Shown piece after piece: positions 58,065 through 64,000 of a stretch of DNA of 64,000 nucleotides. The stretch is from the NCBI GenBank assembly GCA_963755915.1, contig CAVWLP010000002.1, positions 2,720,001 to 2,784,000 of the forward strand, given 5' to 3'. A program made the position numbers and the translations under genes. This stretch comes from an uncultured Phycisphaerales bacterium. GTDB lineage: Bacteria > Planctomycetota > Phycisphaerae > Tepidisphaerales > Tepidisphaeraceae. Under the pieces are notes generated by a model that searched no databases, was not told where the DNA came from, and saw only the letters and a list, made by a program, of their open reading frames with translations. Position 1 is the stretch's first letter; every line of letters starts with the position of its first letter.

Positions 58065-58940
58065 ATGGCCCAGACGAAGCACCAGATTCAGTCCATACTC
58101 GAAGAGGCGGGGGCCAAACCGCGACAGAAATTCGGGCAGAATTTCATGATCGACGGGAACCTGGTGCGCCTTGTCGCCCAAGCGGGGGAGATCAGTCCGG
58201 CCGATCTGGTGATCGAAGTCGGGCCGGGCACGGGAACGCTTACGCAGGAGCTTCTTGCGACCGGCGCCGAGGTTTTGGCGGTCGAGATCGATTCAGCCCT
58301 TGCCGAGGCTCTTCGAGGCCGGTTTTCGGGGGGAAAATTCGAGTTGATTCATGCGGATGCACTAGCGGGAAAACATGCCCTGAACGAGAGCTTTGGCCGA
58401 GCCATCGCCGCGGCTAAATCGGCCGGTAAAACGGTCCGCCTGGTCGCCAATCTTCCCTATAACATTGCCTCGCCGCTGGTGATTGAGCTTCTGATCGCGG
58501 GCGTGGACCTGCTGGCCTTCACCGTGCAGAAAGAGGTGGCGGATCGATTGCGGGCTGTTCCTAATACCTCCGAATATGGCACGCTTTCTATCGTTACGCA
58601 GCTTCTGGCACGTGTTGAAGTGCTGCGAACGCTTCCGCCGCAGGCGTTTTGGCCTATGCCGAGGATTGAATCGGCGCTGGTCAGGCTGAGGCGCGAGGAC
58701 CAGCTTGGGGACCGGGCCCACGATTTCGGCCGGTTTGTGCAGAAATTTTTCTCCGCCCGGCGAAAGACGATGAAAAAGGCAATGGAAATGGCGGGGATAG
58801 ATTGCCCAAGCGCGCTGGCGGCGATTGGAATTGATCCCAAGTCGCGGCCGGAACAGGTTACTCCGCAGGAATTTCTACAGCTTTTTGAAAAAGCCGGCCC
58901 CCACCCTCGCCCTCCCCCGGAGTACCAGGGGAGGGGATAA
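58065..58940 (+). CDS. rsmA: 16S rRNA m6,2A dimethyltransferase
   Basis: KFGQNFMID, EVGPG.G.LT, VEID, VANLPYNI, VQKEVA.RL, F.P.P.IESA, RRKT. Confidence 0.95.
   Translation: MAQTKHQIQSILEEAGAKPRQKFGQNFMIDGNLVRLVAQAGEISPADLVIEVGPGTGTLTQELLATGAEVLAVEIDSALAEALRGRFSGGKFELIHADALAGKHALNESFGRAIAAAKSAGKTVRLVANLPYNIASPLVIELLIAGVDLLAFTVQKEVADRLRAVPNTSEYGTLSIVTQLLARVEVLRTLPPQAFWPMPRIESALVRLRREDQLGDRAHDFGRFVQKFFSARRKTMKKAMEMAGIDCPSALAAIGIDPKSRPEQVTPQEFLQLFEKAGPHPRPPPEYQGRG
58898..58937. repeat. REP-like GAGTAC palindrome within the 3' end of rsmA
   Basis: Identical 28-nt core to 42138-42165. Confidence 0.85.
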
Positions 58941-58952
58941 GAGCAATACGGA

Positions 58953-60575
58953 TCATTCGGTCGCTACGATGCAGACGGTGGCGGGCTTCACTTTTGTTAC
59001 CACGTCTTCGGTCGAAAGCCCCTCGCCGCTCTCGGGGCCTACGTCGACGCTCACGTTATTGCGGTGCAGAAATTCGCGGATATGGCCGGCGCTGATGCCG
59101 ATGCCGTAACTGTCATATTCGCCGGTGGTGATGCTTTTCATGCAGACGATCGCCATGACGTTGCCGAATTTATCGGCGATGGGGCCGCCGCTGTTGCCGG
59201 GGTTTACCTTGGCGTCGGTCAGGACGTCGGCGCCGTTGCCCTGGTCCTGGGAGGCGGATGAGACGACGCCGCGGGTGATTTTCATATCAGCCCCCAGCTC
59301 GTCGATCATGGGAAAGCCCATGACGACGCAATCGGCGCCCTCGGCCGGAGAATCTTCCGGGGCCAGGCGGACGACCGACACGTTGTGGCTGGGGTTGTTC
59401 AGTTGAATCAGGGCCAGATCATATTGATCGTCGATCGCGACCACGTGTGCCGACGCTTTGGTGCCATCGGGCATGAGGACCATGAGCGTCTTGCTGCCCT
59501 TGGCGACGTGGCGGTTGGTGAGAATCAGCCCGCTGGAAGATATGAAAAATCCGGTGCCGCTCCATCCGCCCTGGGCGAGTTCCGGGCCGGGTTGCTGGCC
59601 ATCATCCGGGCCGGGCGCGGCGGGTTTTTGCGGGTAGGGGGGTGGGAGCAGAATCAGGCGGTAATCGGAGGTTGGGCCGTTGATGTTGTACTGCTCTTCG
59701 AGCAGGTTGGCGGCTTCCAGGGTGGGCTTCATTTTCGGAAGGGTGCGTAAATCCGAGGGCTCGAGGGCGAGGGCAGTTACCAGGTTCTGGACCACGTCCT
59801 TGCTGTCGTGGATGCGGGCGGCGGAGAGGAATTCGTCGATGGCGACGTCGAAGCGGTTGCGGAAAAGGTTGGCGACGGCCAGATCGTTTTCCGCTTCGGG
59901 CGACTGGGGCTTGAGCCGGGTGGAGGCCGAAAAATATTGGGCGGCCTCATCGTAATCTTTCTGCCCCATCGAGACATATCCCAGGCAGAAATTGGTCATG
60001 AAGGAATTGGGATAGATGTTGACGCTCTGCTTGAGCTTGTCGATGGCCTGGAGGGTCTGGTTCTGATTGAGCATCTCGACGGCCTGGCGGGTGAGGTCCT
60101 CGGCCTGGGCGAGAATTTTTTTGCGATCGTCGCCACCCACCCACTTGCCGTTGATTCGTTCAGCGCCGTTGTCGGCCAGCTTCTGCCAGCGGGCGAGCTC
60201 GGATTTGGCGGTGTCGATGTCGGGGCTGTCGGGATATTTGTCGATGAATTCCTGCCAGATGGAGACGGCGGCCAGGGCAGACTCGGCCCCGTCGGCGCGG
60301 CCCCTGGCCATGCGAAATTCCTCGGAGGCGTCGCCGGCGTCGCCGGTCGAAGAGCCGCTATCGCCGGCGGATTCTTCGCTGTAGGACTGAACCTGCTCGT
60401 TGGGAACGATTTTGCTGGATCCATCGGACAGCTTGATCCAATACCCGTCGGAGGTTTTTATGACGGTTCCCTCGAGGGTGGTGCCGTCGTTGAGGACGAG
60501 CTTGGCGGCCCCGGCGGTCGAGACCATCAGCAGGATTAGCGCACAAATCCAACCAAGGAGAGATTTCAACGGCAT
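58953..60575 (-). CDS. Secreted TPR-containing trypsin-like (S1C) serine protease
   Basis: Signal peptide; TPRs; GTGFFI..LTNRHV, DLALI and NPGNSGGP triad. Confidence 0.9.
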   Translation of the reverse strand: MPLKSLLGWICALILLMVSTAGAAKLVLNDGTTLEGTVIKTSDGYWIKLSDGSSKIVPNEQVQSYSEESAGDSGSSTGDAGDASEEFRMARGRADGAESALAAVSIWQEFIDKYPDSPDIDTAKSELARWQKLADNGAERINGKWVGGDDRKKILAQAEDLTRQAVEMLNQNQTLQAIDKLKQSVNIYPNSFMTNFCLGYVSMGQKDYDEAAQYFSASTRLKPQSPEAENDLAVANLFRNRFDVAIDEFLSAARIHDSKDVVQNLVTALALEPSDLRTLPKMKPTLEAANLLEEQYNINGPTSDYRLILLPPPYPQKPAAPGPDDGQQPGPELAQGGWSGTGFFISSSGLILTNRHVAKGSKTLMVLMPDGTKASAHVVAIDDQYDLALIQLNNPSHNVSVVRLAPEDSPAEGADCVVMGFPMIDELGADMKITRGVVSSASQDQGNGADVLTDAKVNPGNSGGPIADKFGNVMAIVCMKSITTGEYDSYGIGISAGHIREFLHRNNVSVDVGPESGEGLSTEDVVTKVKPATVCIVATE

Positions 60576-60591
60576 ACGCAATCCCACCATT

Positions 60592-61407
60592 CTATCCCTG
60601 TAGACCCATTTCATTATGCGCCTTGTCCCGGCGAATTGCACGAATTTCCTGGCGGCCGAGCACATACATTGCCATTTTCGGCCGTTTTCCCGTTACATGC
60701 TGAATATGCTCAGCCAGGAGATGGTTGACCGGATCGGTCTGGTGCCGGGTGAGGCGTGGCAGGCGGGCCGGGTTTGTGGCCTGAAGGCCGCGTAACATTC
60801 GCATCAGCCGCACGTCGACCGCCAGCCTCTGCGGGAACGTCCCCTGACAATTCCGGCAGACGACCCCGCCCTGGGGGGCGGCAAAATAGACCTCATCCCG
60901 ATCCCCAGTCCCGATCGGGCTGCGGCAATTTACGCAGTTTGCAAGCTCCGGCGTAAAACCCCCCTCGCGAAGCAATTCCAACTCGAATAATAGGAATGCC
61001 TCCTCGAGCCGATTGGTTCCCAGCTCTCCGGCGGTTCGGCGCAGCAGGTCGAAGACCTCTGGATGCGGATCGTGCTCTTCGAGCATCAACGAGGTCAGCT
61101 CGGCGGCGTAAATGGCGAGGTAAAGGCCGCGCAGATTTCGGCGAAGCTCAAGGTGGCCGTCGGACAGCTTCCAGTCGGTGAGGATGGCCAGTTCGCGGGC
61201 GCTGTCGCCGGAATAGACGCATTGGCCGAGGTCCAGAAGATCGATGCCGCCGTCAAAGCGGCTGGCGCCGGCCTTGGTGCGGCGATGGGCGCCCTTGGCG
61301 ATCACGCGCACGATGCCCTGGGTTCGCGTCAGGAGCGAAAGAATCTGGGACGTCTCGCTAAATTCTGTCTTGAAAAGGCAGATGGCGTCGTCGGAGACGA
61401 GGGGCAT
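60592..61407 (-). CDS. recO: DNA repair protein RecO
   Basis: AICL....FSE..QI..LLT...G....IAKGA; C..C..GGVVC..C Zn finger; TATAAT 6 nt before ATG. Confidence 0.92.
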   Translation of the reverse strand: MPLVSDDAICLFKTEFSETSQILSLLTRTQGIVRVIAKGAHRRTKAGASRFDGGIDLLDLGQCVYSGDSARELAILTDWKLSDGHLELRRNLRGLYLAIYAAELTSLMLEEHDPHPEVFDLLRRTAGELGTNRLEEAFLLFELELLREGGFTPELANCVNCRSPIGTGDRDEVYFAAPQGGVVCRNCQGTFPQRLAVDVRLMRMLRGLQATNPARLPRLTRHQTDPVNHLLAEHIQHVTGKRPKMAMYVLGRQEIRAIRRDKAHNEMGLQG

Positions 61408-61450
61408 GGTGGGATTATAGTCGAGAAGCGAAGGAGGGATTGGGAAGCCC

Positions 61451-61558
61451 GAAATCCGAAACCAGAATGGCGAACCAAGCCCGAATGACGAAATCCGAAT
61501 GATGGGCATTCGTCATTCGGACATTCTGGCTTGATTCGGAATTCTGGTTTCGGATTTC
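61451..61558. repeat. Palindromic heptamer-repeat element (GAATGAC/GAAATCC family)
   Basis: Perfect 18-bp outer stem 61451-61468/61541-61558 and 12-bp inner stem 61481-61492/61509-61520. Confidence 0.85.
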
Positions 61559-61562
61559 TGGT

Positions 61563-62333
61563 TTAATCGTGCCTGATATGATGATTGGCATAGGCTAGGG
61601 CAACTCCGTATAGCCCAAGGTCTGGGGAGATGGCGTGAATCAGCTCCCAGCCGTCAAACAGGCGGGCCGCGTCTCCGCCGGTGGCAACGATCTCCGGCCA
61701 CTGGCCCAACTCGGCGGCAAAGTTTTCCGCGACCTCTTTTACCAGGCCGCGGATGGCGTAATAAATTCCTTGCGACACGGCGGCATCGGTCGAATCGCCG
61801 ATGGCACCTTTTGGGACGGAAAAGGTGGCCTTGCCGACGCCCGCCGTTCCCCGCGCCAGGGCGTCGATCATCATCTCCACGCCGGGCAAGATCGCTCCGC
61901 CGACGAAATCGCCGTTGTCGTTGCAGCAATCGACCGTCACGGCGGTTCCGGCGTCGACAACGATGCAGGCCTTGCCAATCTGTTCGTAGGCCGCGGCGAT
62001 GTTGAGGACCCGGTCGACGCCCGTCTGCTGCGGATTCTGCGTGGATACCTCGATGGGAAGCTCGAGGTCGGAGCCAACCCATTGCACGGATTGGCCGGCG
62101 ATCTGTTCGATCAACTCGTCGACAAGTGGATTTAATTTTGGATTAACGCTTGCCGCCGCCGCGGCCCGGCCATCGTTGGAGGAGATCTCGTTCCACGCCT
62201 CGCGGAGGATGCGCTCGCACTGGCTGCGGTCGCCGAGCGGGGAACGGGCGACGCTTCGCAGTTCGCCCGCGGCGAACGCACCCGCGGACAGGCGCGAATT
62301 GCCGACGGTTAAGGCCAGCAGATTGATGTCCAT
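61563..62333 (-). CDS. coaX: Type III pantothenate kinase
   Basis: VGNS, ASV, GVDR, VVDAGTAVTVD, GGAILPG, T..A...G, ATGGDA. Confidence 0.93.
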   Translation of the reverse strand: MDINLLALTVGNSRLSAGAFAAGELRSVARSPLGDRSQCERILREAWNEISSNDGRAAAAASVNPKLNPLVDELIEQIAGQSVQWVGSDLELPIEVSTQNPQQTGVDRVLNIAAAYEQIGKACIVVDAGTAVTVDCCNDNGDFVGGAILPGVEMMIDALARGTAGVGKATFSVPKGAIGDSTDAAVSQGIYYAIRGLVKEVAENFAAELGQWPEIVATGGDAARLFDGWELIHAISPDLGLYGVALAYANHHIRHD

Positions 62334-64000
62334 CAAAAGAGGAGTTTATTCTCCGCTTCGACGATGTCCAACAACTCCACTTCCGCGCTCGCCGAAGAGG
62401 CGCTGTCGCTAAACACAGGCGAGACCGACTCCTTGGAGCCATAGGTGGCGGCGGCCATGCTGCGCGAAAGAGCCGGCTGGGTAAGCTCCAGCGCAAACAG
62501 GTTGTTGTCGGCATTGATCACGCTTTGGCTGAGGGCCGTGTCAGGAGGCCCTTGAGAGGCATAGAGCTGCGAGTTGCGCAGTTCCTGGAAAAGGATCGCC
62601 TCCTGGCTCAGCGGCGATCCGTTGATCGTCCGCCCCTCGGTAATCTGGATCGGAACTTCGGCAAAGGGAGCCGTCGTCACGGCGGGCATTGTGCCGAAAC
62701 GGATTTCAAGAACGTACGTTCCCGGAAGAGTCGCTCCAATACCGGTGAATCTCGCCACGCCATTCACCATGGTGGCCGTCGTTTGTCCGGTCAGAATACC
62801 GCCCGGAGGCCCCGTCAAAATGGTGGCGACCACGTTGGGGCCATTGGTGATATAGGAGAAGTCGTTGAACTGATCCTCGGCGTTCAAAACAATCGAGCTT
62901 TCCATAGCGCTGTATTGCCAGAACGAAGTGGGTTGAGCCGCGAACACGAGGTGAGTGCCAATGCCGGCCGTGATATTGAAGGCATTGGAATAAGCCGGAT
63001 TGACGCTCGTGGAGGTGGCGAGGAACTCGTAAGTTCCCTCCTGATCGATGGAGAGGTTTGCAAAGACGGCGGAGCCATCCACTGCGTTGACAGTGGTTGT
63101 TCCGATCAACGTGCCGGCTTCGAGAATCTGGATCGTTACCGCTCCGTTGAAGGATTGGTCGACCGCGTCGGTGGTTGGCGAGAACGCCGTCACTACAAGC
63201 TCCGGTAATCCGTTGGAGTCGATCGGCTGACCGATCTGGGTGTTCGACGGCTGCTGGGTGAAGTAGAGCGAGTCGAGGGTATCGGAATAAATGGTTACGG
63301 GATTTCCGATCAAATTTCCGTCAGCCGCGGCTTCAGGATACAGGTTTGCACTGATAGGCCCGCCAACCATGTCCTGAATGAAGCCGCCCCGAGGCGAGGC
63401 GCCGTTCTCCTCGTCTGGGAAGCCCCATCCGGTATTGCCGTCCGAGGCGGAGGGGGTCAGGGTGATGTTGGGGACGGGGGTGCCGCCGGTAGGCGCTGTG
63501 GTGGTGTCAACGGTGGTGTTGCTTATGGTTACGGAATTGGTGGTATGGCCCCAAAGCGGGAAGCTGGTATCTGTTGTGTAGCCCGGATCTCCGGGAGCTC
63601 CTACGAAATCTTCCCAGGTCGCGATGTCATTTTCCGCCAGACCGAGAATTCCAAATCCGGTTTCCGGACCATCAAGCACGGTCACGATTGGTGAGCCGGA
63701 TGGCGGTGTGAAGATTTGGAGGTACGGCCCGGTATCGCCGGGGGTCGTTGTGCCGCGATTGTCGTAGGGCGTTTCTCCCAGGGATTGCGCTGTGGTCATT
63801 GAACCGTAGCCGCGGAGATTTAGTCCCTGGTCGACGATACCGATGATGCCTGCCCAGATGGGGCAGGCGAGGCTGGTGCCGCCGACAACCTGCCATCCGC
63901 CACCGACGACGTCCTGAGCAGGAGTCAGGATATGGGAGTAGGTGTCGTAGATCCAGACGCCGGTTTCTGGATCCGCGTCGGCGCCGATAATTGGATTGTT
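62333..64000 (-). CDS. Sedolisin/kumamolisin (S53)-like peptidase with C-terminal Ig-like repeats, 5'-partial
   Basis: Frame open from base 64000: ADADPETGV, WQVVGGTSLACPIWAG, D.NTGWG.P; L.F..QP and G.A.F..L Ig-like repeats. Confidence 0.8.
   Translation of the reverse strand, partial: NNPIIGADADPETGVWIYDTYSHILTPAQDVVGGGWQVVGGTSLACPIWAGIIGIVDQGLNLRGYGSMTTAQSLGETPYDNRGTTTPGDTGPYLQIFTPPSGSPIVTVLDGPETGFGILGLAENDIATWEDFVGAPGDPGYTTDTSFPLWGHTTNSVTISNTTVDTTTAPTGGTPVPNITLTPSASDGNTGWGFPDEENGASPRGGFIQDMVGGPISANLYPEAAADGNLIGNPVTIYSDTLDSLYFTQQPSNTQIGQPIDSNGLPELVVTAFSPTTDAVDQSFNGAVTIQILEAGTLIGTTTVNAVDGSAVFANLSIDQEGTYEFLATSTSVNPAYSNAFNITAGIGTHLVFAAQPTSFWQYSAMESSIVLNAEDQFNDFSYITNGPNVVATILTGPPGGILTGQTTATMVNGVARFTGIGATLPGTYVLEIRFGTMPAVTTAPFAEVPIQITEGRTINGSPLSQEAILFQELRNSQLYASQGPPDTALSQSVINADNNLFALELTQPALSRSMAAATYGSKESVSPVFSDSASSASAEVELLDIVEAENKLLF

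Overview
High-GC bacterial chromosome segment. The organism is most likely a planctomycete of the Phycisphaerae/Tepidisphaerales type, inferred from a PEP-CTERM protein with a dockerin-like GDANLDG domain, a prepilin with an H-X9-DG tail, and ATQP motifs. Many genes, including housekeeping acnA and nrdJ, are split by single-base indels, which points to long-read assembly error, so I reconstructed genes across the frameshifts. Contents in order: oxidoreductases and EmrAB-type efflux (1-5 kb); a carbohydrate-utilisation-like region with AraC, GH2, a giant PEP-CTERM surface protein, a GH28-GH106 fusion, two paralogous LacI regulators and a pilin-like protein (8.6-27.2 kb); a GGDEF protein, NifA-like activator, adk-like kinase, efp, two SPINDLY-type TPR glycosyltransferases and acnA; paralogous membrane proteins flanking an ECF/anti-sigma pair; RNase P RNA; a 1-kb IS inserted into a palindromic repeat; mtnA; a c-di-AMP (ydaO) riboswitch upstream of an unknown 71-aa ORF; a PilZ protein; a dcd-nrdJ operon with NrdR boxes and an intein; rsmA, recO, coaX and a partial sedolisin. 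The best novelty candidates are (1) the LacI/pilin/PEP-CTERM glycan locus with an AATT-centred candidate operator and hinge-less LacIs, (2) the enlarged c-di-AMP riboswitch on a tiny unknown gene, (3) several families of intergenic palindromic short-repeat elements, one targeted by an IS, and (4) strand-skew domains independent of gene direction. All calls were made by eye without database searches.
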